From: the human T2T-CHM13v2.0 reference genome, Homo sapiens
Direction: 5' to 3' (one strand)
Assembly (NCBI RefSeq): GCF_009914755.1
Contig: NC_060935.1
DNA length: 64,000 nucleotides
Under the pieces are notes generated by a model, which ran no database searches, was not told where the DNA came from, and saw nothing but the letters and a program-made list of their open reading frames with translations. Below are positions 27,872 through 44,253 of the stretch, in pieces. Position 1 is the stretch's first letter. The number at the start of each line of letters is the position of its first letter. The position numbers were made by a program, and so were the translations under genes.

Positions 27872-29409
27872 AAGACTTGCCTCTGCATCTTCATTTGATA
27901 TTTTTATATTCTAAAACGTTCTGTGAAAACAATTCTCATTCTGTAAAACAGAACTTTTTTCTAGTGCTCAAAACACAACCTGATTTCTTAAACAAATGAT
28001 TTATGCCAGGAAAGCTACTCAATAGTAGCTTTAATTAGGTGTCACCTGTTAGTATGACTTTTCCACTTTGCAGTGTATACACTATTTTAACTGTTCACCT
28101 AAGACATTTTATCAAATTTTCATAAATCACAAATCAAGTTAGAGCCTCTTTCTGTCCTTCCTGTCATCCCTCCATATCTATAATAACCATTTTCTCTGCT
28201 TTTCCTCTAAAACACAAATTTATTGAACCCAGGTTAAGGACTGGTATTATTCTGCATTCAGAAGCTACAAAAATGAAGAAGAAACAACCTCAGCTCTCAA
28301 ATTCTTCACAGACCTACAACAGAGGCTACACAAAATTACAGAGAGAAGTGTTACAAGTTCTACAGTGGAGGCATAATCATGGGGCAGGTATGACAGAGAG
28401 AGAATCAGCTCTGCTTAATGAGTAGAGAAGGGCATCAGATGTATTATTTTTTAAAGAGCCTTTAATGGAGCCAAATGTTTATGAGTAAAGAAGTAAGATA
28501 GGATTGTTTAGATAAAAGTGTCCTCTGGAATGGAAAAATGCAACAAGTTTTTAGACTCTATGTAGGATTTAAGGCTATGAGAATACAGTGAACTACTACA
28601 TAAAACTATGAATCCTGGATGGGTATAAGAACTTTATTCTGGCAATGGGGTTTGAATAATCTCCTTCTACTATTTTTTACCTAGAAAGTTCTGGGTAAAG
28701 AAAGTAAAATGAGTCATGAATGGTCTTTTTTTACTGAAGATCTTTTTTTAATGTAACATTTATTATTACCAATATAAATAAATCATTAACCATTACTTTG
28801 ATTTTTTTTCAAAATTATAAATCTGGAATAAATCTCAAAACACTTATGTCAAAATATTAAAAGTGGTTGATTCTGGAAGGTGAGACTATGGACATTTAAA
28901 CATTTTCTTCCTTGAACTTTTAAAAACATCTTGTAAATCATCTAAAAATACAAATTTGCCCATTCCCAAAGATAAATTATGTAATTAGAAATTTGAATGA
29001 CAGATTAATGAAATTAGAATAAGGGCAGTGATTGATACCAAGTGGGAAATAAAAACAATCCTAGTACGAAAGGATGCGTTTCTGAATGAAAGCAGTGGAG
29101 TGGAAGGAGATTAAGTTTACAAACTCACTGTTATGTTATACAAGAGAAGCACTTTGCACCATGTAATTTCTTCTATTACAATCCCTTGGAGGTGTCACTT
29201 TATGTAATGACACTCATTTTTATGTTAAGATTTGTAGTTAACATTTTACAGTGTCTAAATGGAGATAATAGTACATAATAACCAAGAGTCATATATGACA
29301 ATTTTAAAATAATTCCTTGATTTTCATAGGAGCCAGTCTACATGTTTAAAGGAACGTTTATGTGTGGAAGCCATAAAGCTGAAAACTAAAAGGAATCAGG
29401 CCACCTTTA

Positions 29410-31205
29410 AAAAATATTATTTTAGCTTCAGGGAATACATCTGCCTATTACGTGGGTATATTGCATACTGGTGGGGATTGAGTTTCTAGTGTACCCATTA
29501 CTCAAATAGGGGACATTGTACCCAACAGGTAATTTCTTTTCAACCATCTTCCTCTTCCCACTTTTCAAGTTCCCAGTGTCTATTATTTTCATCTTTATGT
29601 CCACAGGTACCTATAGTTTAGCTCCCACTTATGAGAAAATATAGTATTTGATGTTCTGTTTTTGAGTCAGTTCACTTAGGATAATGACCTCTACCTCCAT
29701 CCATCTTGCTGCAAAGTATTTGATTTCATTTCTTATGGCTGTGTAGTATTCCACGGTGTATATATACCATAATTACTTTAATCAGTCAACCACTGATGGA
29801 CACCTAGGTTGGTTCCATGACTTTGTTACTGTGAATATAGGAGTGAGATGAACATAGGAGTGCAAGTGTCTTTTTTATGTAATGATTTCTTTTCCTATGG
29901 GTAGACACCCAGTAGTGGGATTGCTAGGTTGAATGGTGGGTTTTATTTTTGGTTATTTTAGAAATCTCCACACTGTTTTCCACACAGGTTAAACTAATTT
30001 ACATTCCTACCAATAGTGTAGAAGCATGTCCTTATTTTCACATACATGCCAGCATCTGCTGGGTTTTTTTTTTTTAACTTTTTAATAACAGCCATTCTGA
30101 CTGGTATAAAATGATATCTTAATGTGGTTTTAATTTGTGTTTCTCTGATGACTAGTGACATTGAGTATTTTTTTCATGTGTTTGTTAGTTGCTTGCATTT
30201 CTTCTTTTGAGAAATGTCTGCTCTTCTCCTTTGGCCAATGTACATAAGTCAGTAGCATTTCTATACACCAATAATGTTCAAGCTGAGAACCAAATCAATA
30301 GCTCAATCCTATTTACAAATAACCACAACAAAAACAAAAATACCTAGGAATACATTTAACTATGGAGGTGAAAGTTCTCTACAAAGAGATCTACTAAACA
30401 CTGATGAAAGTAATTCTTGATGACAAAAATGAACAACAACAAAAAAACCATCCCATGCCCATAGATTGGAAAAATCAACATTGTTAAAATGACCATACTG
30501 CCCAAAGCAAACTACAGATGCAATTCAATCCCTATCAAATTACCAACATGATTTTTCACAAAATTACGAAAGAAATAATACTAAAGTTCACATGGAATCA
30601 TATGGAACCAAAAAAAAAAAAAAAAGCCTGAATGGCCAAAGCAACCCTAAGTGAAAGAAGCAAAGCTGGACATACCAAATTGCCTGACTTCAAATTATAC
30701 AAGCCAATAGTAATTAAAACAGCATGGTACTGCTACAAAAATAGACGCATAGATCAATGGAGCAGAATTGAGAACCCAGAAATAAAGCCACAAATCTACA
30801 ACCAACTGATTTTTGACAAAGTTGATAGAAATAAAAACAATGGGGAAAGAACATCCTATTCGATTCTATAAATGGTGGTGGGAAAATTTGCTAGCCAATG
30901 CAGATGAATGAAACTGGAACCCTGTATCTCACCATATACAAAAGTTAAGCCAAGATGAATTAAAGACTTAAATGTAAGACCTAAAGCTATAAAAATACTA
31001 CAAGAAAACCTAGGAAAATTGTTCCTGGACATTGGCCGAGGCAAAGAATTTATAACAAGACCCAAAAAGCAATGAAACAAAACCAAAAATAGACAAATGG
31101 AACTTATTTAAACTAAAAAGTTTCTCAGCAGAAAAAAAATATTCAACAGAGTAAACAGAAATACTACAGAATGGGAGAAAATATTTGCAATTTATGCCTC
31201 CAACA
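29410..31205 (-). mobile_element. L1PB/L1PA15-16-type element with 5' inversion (3' part minus 29410-30237; inverted ORF2 part plus 30240-31205)
   Basis: Antisense 3' UTR, then sense ORF2 ([15 protein letters not shown]); outer end lies ~85 nt upstream, in L1 coordinates, of the inner breakpoint. Confidence 0.88.
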
Positions 31206-32544
31206 TGAGCTGATGCCATTAGTATGAGATTTTTCATATATGTAGTTCATTCAAAACTAACTGAAATTGGCAGATATTATTAAATGGGGAATAAGTGCTG
31301 GACTTAAGATGCCTAAGATTAAGTTTTATCTCTAACACTTAACCTCAGGATTATTTTAAGTTACTTTGTACTAATCTTAGTTTCATATGTTTTCAAAACG
31401 GAGAAATAAAACTTTTTCTGACATTGTTGTCAGAATTAGATAGGAAACACATGGAAAAGCAAGTAGCAAATTCTAAGCTGAAATGCAAAAGGCATTATTA
31501 CAGGCAATAAAATCTGCATTTTATTAGAATGCTAAATTCCAGGCACCTTTAAAGTACATAAAAACGTTAATCCAGCTGTAAATTTTTTTCAAAAAGAAAA
31601 CATCAAAAATATTTGCTTTTCGATTTAAAAATTCTTCTTAGAATTTTGTGATTCATCAATCTTTAGAATGTTTGTATAGTTCACTGATGTTCAAGAGATA
31701 GCAGAACTCTTAAATAAGATTTCTAGAGTTTTGGAAAGAAAGAAAATTCTAATTTTATCCCAAAAAATCCCTTTAAAAAACAAAACAAGGGAAGAACAGG
31801 AAATGCATATTTCTAGAACAGAGGATGCCCACAAGTTTCATGCAAATAAGATGTATTTTAAAATGTTAAATTCAAGAATTCTGATTGAATTATACACTTG
31901 GGAAGTGAAGATTGATTTTCCAGCAAGAGAATTATAGGATCCTATTTTGTGCTTGTTATTAATTTTAAAAATAAAATTTCATTAGTATTTACCACGTTGT
32001 AGCTTCTTAATATTTAACACAGTTAGTTCTGACAATAACAGTAGAAGATAGTCTTCCCAACTTTAGAGATGAGGAAACCTAAGCCCACAAGTTTAAGTGA
32101 CTTGCCAAAGGTGGACCCAGGACATGGATTTAGACACTCTTACCCCAATGATTTTGCTCTTAGCTATACAGTTTAATATATATTTGTGATACTATCTCCT
32201 CTTTTACATTCTAGGGGCATATTAGACCCTTTCTAATCCCTCCCAGAACATGTGAGACACAAACCCTATTCGTGGACTTCTCCCTTTGCCTGGAAGTCTC
32301 TTCCTCTGGATATCCACAAAGCATGCCCCCCGTCTTTCCTTCTAGTTTCCAGGAACACACTACCTCTGGAATCCTTTCTTGACCAGGCTTTCACATGTTG
32401 TCTTCTTACCTGCTCTGAGTATGTTTGTATCTGTGTGTGTGTTTTAATGATGCCTACAGTTCTTTATGTTACATTATATGTTTATTGGCTTTATTCTATA
32501 TTTTCCACTGTTTTGCTAAACAATGCTTAAACCAATGACTTGTA

Positions 32545-32623
32545 TTAGGTTGGTGCAAAATATTATGTTTTCTGCCATTAAATTCAATAATAAAAACTGC
32601 AATTATTTTTGTATCGCATCAAT
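32545..32623. mobile_element. MADE1 mariner MITE inside an L2 tail
   Basis: 'ttaggttggtgcaaaa...ctgccatta...aaaaactgcaattatttttgtatc'. Confidence 0.8.
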
Positions 32624-34319
32624 ATATTGCAGATGCTCAATATATGTGTGTTGAATGAATAGTCATGATTCAGAAATTATGTTAGCAATTTTGAGCATAT
32701 TATCTCATGTACTGTTAAACCTGCTAGGCATGGGTATCAATATTCCACTTCTAATACATGGGGAAACAAATTCAAATAAGTAAAATAAATTTAACGGACG
32801 CACGTAAGTACTAAATACGTAAAACAGAATTTGAATCTAGGTCTATGTGGTTTTAGATTTCTCACTTTTTCCACTGCAATGTGCTGCCTACCTAGTCATT
32901 TTGGCTGAAAAGTTAGAAAAATGCACATTTTTTTATCTCTGTTACAAGCCACTATTTTATAGCATGACAACATTGTTTAGTGTAAGATATCAATTAAACC
33001 AAGTTTGTGGTTTTACAAGGATGTTTATTTTTTCCCAATATACTCTCATCTGTCTTGGTAACTGTACTGAGATATGAAATAAGTTATTTGGTAAAACATA
33101 ATGTTCAATTTCTTGAATTTGGGGACTTCAGGAGATACATTTATCCTTAACCATATGATGCCCAGAGCTAAGTCAGAATTATAAAGCATTGTATAATAGA
33201 ACTAAAACTCTGTTCCACAATTGGCCAGTTATATCTGTACTATATCATAAAAATATCAATGTTCCCTTTTACTTTTGTTGTTTAAACTTGTTTTATGAAG
33301 CCTGTATATCTTTCAATATACAATCATGATATGCCCTGGGACTTTCTGATAAGTCCGTGATTGCTTGGCACTAATGCTCATTTTTAGGAACACGGATATA
33401 ATTATATTTCCTGTACTAGAATGCATCTTTGGTTTAAAATAAGAGTTAAATAATGACACAAGTGCAGGTGTGGTCTGACAAAAAGTTTTGTGCCTATCTT
33501 TCGTCGGAGATGGAATGGGCAGCTAATGCATTCAGTTATTTCCAATGAAATAATTTCCAGTGAAACTTGTGCTAAGTTGAATATTTCCAACTGTAAGTGG
33601 AGTTTGTAAATATAATTTGTCTTGTGGAATTGATTCCCAAAAGTTAATTTTTGAAAGCTCAATTGAGAAACTTAGGAAGCAAATACCCAGGGCTTTGGGA
33701 ACATGCATTAACTATATGAACTGTAATGCAGTGTTATGAGAACACCTTTTCCTCTATTAGCCTCTGGTGGAGTTGCAAAAAATGCATTTGGATGTGCTGT
33801 CCAATTTGATTGATTGCAGGGCTTTGAGTAATTCTGATTCGATGTGTGAATCTGTTATATGTGAGGTATTACATAAAATGATATCTGGAAAATAGCCTAG
33901 GTGGGTTAAAATGATGAATCAATAGATTTAGGATCAAAAGCCATGTTAAGATAAAATAACATTCAATAAAGTTAAAGTTGGATACCAAGTAAAATAAGTT
34001 GTTTTAAGGCTTATATTAATTTTCTTTCCTTTTGTTCTGGCTGTAAGTATACCAAAAGCTTTTTGATTCCAGCTGGAGTTGCCTTGGTTCTTTTTCAGAA
34101 CTCATTCTGGAAGTTTAGGCAAATCAGCTCATTTTTATGGAATTCTGCTATAGAATAAACAAAATTTCAGGTAATATAAATGCAGGGCATATAGTACTGA
34201 AAGACAGTTACGCCAGGATTATGGGAGCTATTTTTAAGAAATATATTCTAATGTTACAAACATCAATCGGTCCCTCTACCAGACTCTGTGTGAGATAGTT
34301 TTATGTATGATATCTTAAA

Positions 34320-35470
<1,151 letters not shown>

Positions 35471-36386
35471 TATTGCCCCATAGTCAAAGCTGATCTAGTA
35501 GGCATATCATTTTTAACATTGTATATATAGAGAGAACACATACGTATATAATTTATTTAACATCCTATTATATGTATAGACATACACACATATGTCTATA
35601 TACATACATATACATGTCCTTAACCATTATATTATATTAAATTTTGTGATTTGTACCTTTTTTCAATATGAAGCAGTTTATTTATCATAAATAACGTTTC
35701 CACTTGGAATTTGGAATATGATTTGGAATGTGTATGGGAGCGAGAGGGGAAAAAGAGGGAGTAGAGAAATTCTGAGTCCTTCTCTGTTTTGTGTGATCAT
35801 TTAACCCACTTTCACTGAGATTTTACTTATTTGTTGAAATTTTTACGTTATCATCCTTTTTATTATTTCCTTTTAATTAATTAATTGGCCTTATGTTTTC
35901 TTTAGTGATAAGCTTTCCTTTATCCTAAATTTTGTTAAAATAATCTGGATTTTAAAATTATGAAATCTTCTAATATTTGCAGTTACAGAATTGAACTTTT
36001 AGCAATTAATTACTCATAAATGAGTAATTTATGAGCCTTTCTTATTAGACTGTTTTGCTTACCATTTGCTATAATTCTTTTATTTTTGAGTCCCTTATTC
36101 TGATTCATATTGTTTGTTTTCCCTTTTGGATGGAGTACTTCCTCAAATAATGTTTTTAGCGATGACATGGGTTACATATTTTTGAGTCTTCTTTGTCTCA
36201 TAAGGTTTTAATTGTTGCCATGTTTTTTAATTATGGAGACCTGATCTTTCTAAATCAGATACATATAAACTTTTCTTTATATTTTTGTATCACTTAATGT
36301 TGAAGATAGGAAGTCCTTCATTCTATCAAATTTGCACAACATCCCTCCTATCGCTCTGAACGTAATCTTAAACCTTCTTAGATGGA

Positions 36387-36656
36387 CTGTAATCCCAGCA
36401 CTTTGGGAGACAGAGGTGGGCAAATCACAAGGTCAGGAGTTCGAGACCAGCCTGGCCAACATAGTGAAACCCCGTCTCTACTAAAAATACAAAAAAATTA
36501 GTAGCTGGGCATAATGGTGGGCGCCTATAATCCCAGATACTCGGGAGGCTGAGGTAGGAGAATCACTTGAACCTGGAGGTGGAGGTTGCAGTGAGCCTTG
36601 AGCCAAGATCTCACTACTGCACTCCAACCCCAATGAAAGAGTGAGACTCTGTCTCA

Positions 36657-36687
<31 letters not shown>
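36387..36687 (+). mobile_element. AluSg-type, slightly 5' truncated
   Basis: 'atcacaaggtcaggagttcgagaccagcctggccaac'; TSD aaa(c)ctt(c/g)ttagatg. Confidence 0.92.
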
Positions 36688-37017
36688 CTTGTTAGATGTT
36701 GCTTTAAATCTTGGAATTGACATCATAACATCATATCAAGATATGTTTGGTTTCAATTGTATCTTCTATCAATTGCTACCTTTGCCTGAGATTAACATAG
36801 TCATTTAAATTTGAAAAATCAGCACCTATTTTCTCACAATAAACCTTTTGTTTTCATTTTCTTATGCTTTCATCATAGTTTCCATTAATTTTTTGTTTGT
36901 ATTTTATACCTATTGCACTTTCTATCTTTACTGTCTCTATCATAATTTCCAACCTTAACATTTTTACTCTGTATTCAAAATAAATTATTTAATTATCAAT
37001 TAAAATTGATTTTCTAA

Positions 37018-38178
<1,161 letters not shown>

Positions 38179-38404
38179 AGGTAGCTATTAAAGGCATGCT
38201 TTTACTTATTTTCAACAACTTTATTTTGCTCTGATTTTTGTCTTTTCCTAGTAGCATGTTTTTACTAACCTATGCGTATAATATTCTCTCAAATCTAATT
38301 GAAGCTTGGAAGTAAAATTATGTTTTGTTTTCAGCATTTACTATGAGATGATAAAGTTTATTTGATCTAAATGTTCAATTTAGTTTCTAAAGTATTAGTT
38401 CTCT

Positions 38405-38409
<5 letters not shown>

Positions 38410-38441
<32 letters not shown>
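38410..38441. repeat. (TC)n microsatellite
   Basis: Direct reading. Confidence 0.95.
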
Positions 38442-38445
<4 letters not shown>

Positions 38446-41400
38446 TCTCTTTCTTTCTTCCTCTCTATCCCATTCATCAGTAGATCTGATCTGGTCAATA
38501 TTGATACAGTGTGAAGTGTGAGTTTTATTACCTACCATTCCTATTACTCTTGCTAGAATATCTGGACCGGTTTCACACAGGGAGTGGTGAGTAGATCAGA
38601 ATGGGTTCAAATGTAGGATTCCCTTCAGAGTGCCTAAGCTGGAAATCAAACTATCAGAACACCACAGTTCAAATGAGGTGGAGATACTCTGGTTGGTAGG
38701 CAATTACCTGCATTTTACTTAACACATGATTTGTGCTGATTGTGGAATTGCCTATTATTCAATTTGTTCAGCACTCACCTCCACCATAAATTCCAGGGTT
38801 TTCTCAAGTTTTCTGAGACTTTACTGCTCAGCACTCTTCTTTAAAATTTTTTTTCTTCAGTTAATGGCATTCTGGGGGAAATAATGGGGTTAAACTTATG
38901 GGTTCAAAGAGTCATTCTGAAACCAGAAAAATAATAAACATAAGTCTAGTGAATTGTCTCACACAATGTTTAGGAGAGCAAAGGATCTGTGTTAATGAAA
39001 ATATACTGCCTGACTTAAATTCCCAAGAACTGTTTATTTGGTGTCCTGTAAATATAGTACATGGAAAACTGTGCAGAACAAGCTTATTTCTCCTCTCTAA
39101 AAATGTATTGTTATGGTTAAGTTAAAATTGCCATTACTTACAATAAGTTCAACCATTTTCAAAATAAAATAAAGTTAGTTTGGCCCATTGAAAAAAACAA
39201 AATAGATTATATCAAAATTAAGCATGCCTGAGAAAGAGAAGGATTCATAAATGTAGTTTATGCTTTGAAATGAATGGGAGACCAGAGACCTGACTGTTTT
39301 ATAACTGCCAGCCAGTGGTTACTATTGTAATAGAGACCGACAGATCCAGATTAAGCAAAATATATATTTGTGTCTAGACCACATCAACACGTTTGGTCAA
39401 ATATCAAAGGGAAGATGTTCATGTACAGCATTTCCTACCACATTCTGTTTGCACACTAAGAAAGAAAAATTGGAAGAATTCTGCATATCATGAAAATGAC
39501 ATGAGTAACAAGTTTACACAGGTATTTCCTAAGATTTTCAGACAGCTGTTCTAAATAAAAGTGCCAGCCAAGAGTTTATGGAAAATACATCATTGAAGTC
39601 CACTTGGGGCTGGATGCAAGTTAAAAGAGTCTCAGCAAAGACCCAGGTATAGAGATATGCTGAGAGTTCCCATTCTAGAGTATCCACATTAACTATCAGT
39701 TCTTCATTACCAACATTCTAGAGACCTCCGGGAATGTTTGTACTTAGGTCACTAGTAGAAAAGAAAAATGAGGTGAATTTGTAGAGAGAATTTGCTCATC
39801 TATATTATACCTATCAGTGAAATGTTAATCTTTATATATTTCTCATGTATTATGGAATAGTAATTTCCAATTTGTTATTACATATGCCACATCAAGTAAT
39901 TGCACAGAGTTGAAAAATGGACCTGTATGTTATCAATTGCCTTAGAGCAAAATCAGTAGCATTTCTCACACACGAACAAATTTTCAAAGGTATATACGTG
40001 AATAAAAAAAGATAGTAAATTTCTCAAGAACTTTTACATGATTATTAATTAATTTTTATATATCAATACTCAAAATATAATAGTATCATATGTAAAGAGA
40101 TAAAATATTCTTTTTTTCCCAAAGATGTCCCATTCTTAAATAATGTAAGAGCTGCTGCTAGAGAGAATGAGACTGTCCTGTGAGCTCAGCTATCATTCCC
40201 CTAGGGAAATCATTTATCAGATGATCGTAATGACACTTCTCATGCCAAATCATATTTCTATGTTATCACATTCTATAAAGCATAATTTGAAAGAAAAAGC
40301 ACTTCAAGATTTGGGCAAATGTACCAGAGGTATATAGAGTAGAAGTTTCCTGGTAGTTAAACCTCATTGACCAACTCGCAAATGAAACCATTTAGATTTC
40401 ATCTTTCAGAAAGTGTCCTTGGCAATATTTCATAACAAATACTTCAGCTGAGAATTTTAAAGTCTATCTTTCCTGATTCTAGAATCTACTTTATTTCTGT
40501 AAACTTTGTTTGTACCTTTCACCATTTACTCATTTCCCTACATTTGTTTTCCTTTTAACTACCAACTGTCTTTTCCTCAAACTGAATTATCATTCATAAT
40601 TTGGATCCTGCTTTCAACTTCTTATCTAAGCAAAATGTCATATAATTACCAGTAGAACATGTCCATGTTAGCCTTTTTTAGTCAAAGATTTTCATGCCTG
40701 TTTCGAAATAGTGGTGGCCTAGGCTTGCACAACATACTTTGTTTGCTGTTCATGCTGTTGGAATGACAATCATTTCCCTGCCTGAGTGATAGTTTATGAA
40801 GGCACATAGAGCAAAGAGTCAGTTTCTTTACTCGTTTTTTTAATTATTGTAACTATGAGTAATACATGTCACCTTTTGTCCAGAATACATTTTATATTAA
40901 CAACTGACTTGCAAACTTTATAAATATAAATATAAATATACATAAATGTATAAAATATATATTCCATAGTATATATCTATATATACACAAATACTCTTAT
41001 AGGTACATGTATATGTATCTGTGTGTGTGTATGTGTATCTTTTTCAAAGAGTGCTGAGCCAAAAAAGTAAGAATGCTTTAAATATGCTGTTCAGCAAATT
41101 AATGAATAACTAATGGTTTAAAATGCACCATGAGGGAAATACCTGGACCTCATCTAGTATGGACCCCTAAACTAATGATAACTTTTACTAAATTAGTCTC
41201 TGACAAAACATCAGTGTGCACCTCTGGCAGTCTACAGCGGATGCATGGACTAAGGAGCAGTGCATGAATAAAGGTGAAATCTTACATTAAATTTTCTAAG
41301 GCAACCCATACAGCTATTTTACCTCTCAGTTAATTCAAGAATACCAGCTCCATCAGTTGCCAACTTTTTAGCAGTTTGCTCTTCTTATGGATCACCTGCT

Positions 41401-43500
41401 TGTATTGTGAAATCTCACGTTTTGTGTTTCTCAGGCTGTATATTTTATTTGACCACCATTTAAAAAGAAATCTTTTCTTTTCCACAATCACAGTCATGTT
41501 TTAATAAGCAGTAGGCTACAGTCTCACAATCTGCATCCAGGAAATATCTTTTAGTATTAACTTCCTTCCAATTAAAACATTCCTCTGATGAGCTGCCCAG
41601 TGGAATAAAGTTGCTCTCCCTGACAGTCTTTAGCCCCACCCAGCTGATCTCTTGCATACAGAAATATGAGTGAGAACTTCTAGTACCAGCTTACTAAAAG
41701 CATCTCTCTGCAGCCTTGCCTATGTCTTCACTTAGCCCATTTTACTTTTCACTGCAGCCTCTCTGAGATGGGATAAGTGCTGCTGTGGTTTAAAGGCAAA
41801 ATATATCTTCAAGAAAAAAGACTCTAAAATTCATCCATCCTATTGAAGTTAATTGTCTAGGAAAGGCATTAACACAGAAAACCTCTTAGAGTCAGCTCTG
41901 CATGTTTTATTTCCTTTGGATTTCCAAGTGAAAATAATTACAGGAAAGCCTATAGTTATGACTGATTAGAATACTGTGATTTTTTTTCCTATCCCTTAAT
42001 TTTAAAGAATTCAATAGTGTGAACTTTACTTTACATAGTTATATGGGAATTTTGCAATGTCAGTTTTAAAATTTGAACTGGATAATTTTTCTCCTGAAGG
42101 CTTCAGACATGAGCACGCTTCCAACTCATGTTTTGCTTTACCCTGTTTGACTGAACTCTCTGGTGATTCTAGTCAACTGGAACTTCAGCACTCCAGTTCT
42201 GTCCCGACTGGTAAGCTAACCTTTAGATTGATATGTATGAGTATCTTAACTTATGTTTGTACTTCTTTAATGTCTGATGTGTAATAAATAAATGTTGATG
42301 TCATCCATTTTCTGGTGGTATAGCTGATGCCAATTTTAGTTTCTTTAGTTTTTTCCCAAAATGTATAAATAGACTTTTGAAATAAAAAATAGAGGGCTGA
42401 AGTTTTTGTGCATAGAATTAAATGTCAGAAAACAAAGTCAGTAAACTCAGAAAAATGTTAATGATGTAATAGACTTTGTTCCTCTGAATGCTCAGGCCTA
42501 TCAAGGCTTAGTTTTGTATGGCATGACCGATGAAATCAGGAATCTTAACCATAAACTGCAAAGAAAACACTTGCCATTTTAATTCATCTCTTTTATCTCT
42601 CATTCGTATGCACAATTATATAAAGGATAATATATTATTTATGTTCTCATTAAGAACAAGAGAATATTCATTTTAGTTATTTTATGATCTGATTTAGATT
42701 CTATATGAGCTGACAGTGTTAATATAATTAAATGTGAAGAATAATTTTAAACCTTTGAGTGTTACCTGCTTAGAATCTCACAGTTTTTGTTCTTGCTCTG
42801 CAGGTTTGAGGGAACAATACTATACACTAATAGTTTGCATTCATCAAAAAATTCTGAGGGTCTGATTTATAATGAATAGCTCTTATATGTCAACAGTGAA
42901 TTAATTGTGCTTTGTAAAAAATGTTTGCCTGATGGATATTTTAAATGTTGTACTAAAGTAAAACAGCCATAATTTGTTTATCCTTCCTTATAAAAGAAGG
43001 CGTTGTAATGGGAACGTAAAAGTTAAGCAAAGCTATTATAACTCTGGATATTGTTGGACACTGATCTTTGTCACATGAAAAATCTTGTAGAAATAATAAA
43101 TTCCATTACACAACAAGAGGATTCTTCTAAGAATTTTGGCAAACTTCTTTATTATATAACCCCCAGTCAATCTCTGATTTATTGCTCATAGATTATTATG
43201 TATTATATGAGTTGTTTTACAGTATAAGAGTTCTTATACTGTAAACAGGAGATAAGACATTCTTTTATAAATTTTCATTCAACTATAAGAAAAAAATCTC
43301 TATGCTGTTATTTTGTCTTCTAAAATTGAGACTTACTAGATATTGAACCTAAAATTTCATAGAAGTAGGGAAATTAATTTTTTACAGATGTACATAGCTT
43401 TTTACAGTAGACTTGGTTAGAAAAATAGTTTAATAAAAAATTGATAGTTTAAATATTCATGTCTTTTTCACCATTTTTTTTGTCTTCTAGTCATTTCTGT

Positions 43501-43618
43501 CAGAGTTAGCACATCCATTCCATTAGATTCAACTATTGTCTTTATGCCGTTAGATTCAACTATTGTCTTTGTGCAGAGTTAGCACATCCATTCCATTAGA
43601 TTCAACTATTGTCTTTAT
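43501..43618. repeat. Local A-B-B-A-B duplication
   Basis: A = cagagttagcacatccattcc (x2); B = ttagattcaactattgtcttt (x3). Confidence 0.9.
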
Positions 43619-43955
43619 ACACATCTATAGTGCAGGTATAATGTCATTTCCAGAGATGCATACTATGAACAGCCTAGAAGACACTTCCACCTTGCTATTC
43701 TGGCTATGCCTCAAAGTCAACACATCCCAGTTGAAATCCCTTGAAATGCTTCCTCCTTTTTGCTTCCATATTTTTCTATGACTTCTAAGTAATCTCAATA
43801 TTCCTTAACATTTATTGCAGTCGCATTTATGTGTTTATTTGTATGCATATTGGTTAATATCTATCTTCTCTACCTCTATCTCCACCATGACAGCCTCTGT
43901 ACCCAATAGGATGTCTCACAATAAAACATTCTTAAAAATATATTTTCACTCTTCT

Positions 43956-44208
43956 AGACCAGCCTGACAAACATGAAGAAACCCTGTGTCTACTAAAAAT
44001 ACAAAATTAGCCAGGCGTGGTGGCACATGCCTGTAATCCCAGCTACTTGGGAGGCTGAGACAGGCGAGAATTGCTTGGACCCGGGAGGTGGAGGTTGTGG
44101 TGAGCTGAGATTGCGCCATTGCACGCCAGCCTGGGCAACAAGAGCAAAACTCCATCAAAAAAGAAAAAAAAACACATATATATATACACACACACACATA
44201 TATATATA

Positions 44209-44252
<44 letters not shown>
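43956..44252 (+). mobile_element. AluSp-like, 5' truncated, tail expanded into (TA)n(CA)n
   Basis: 'cctgacaaacatgaagaaaccc', 'ccattgcac..gggcaacaagagc'. Confidence 0.9.
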
Positions 44253-44253
<1 letters not shown>

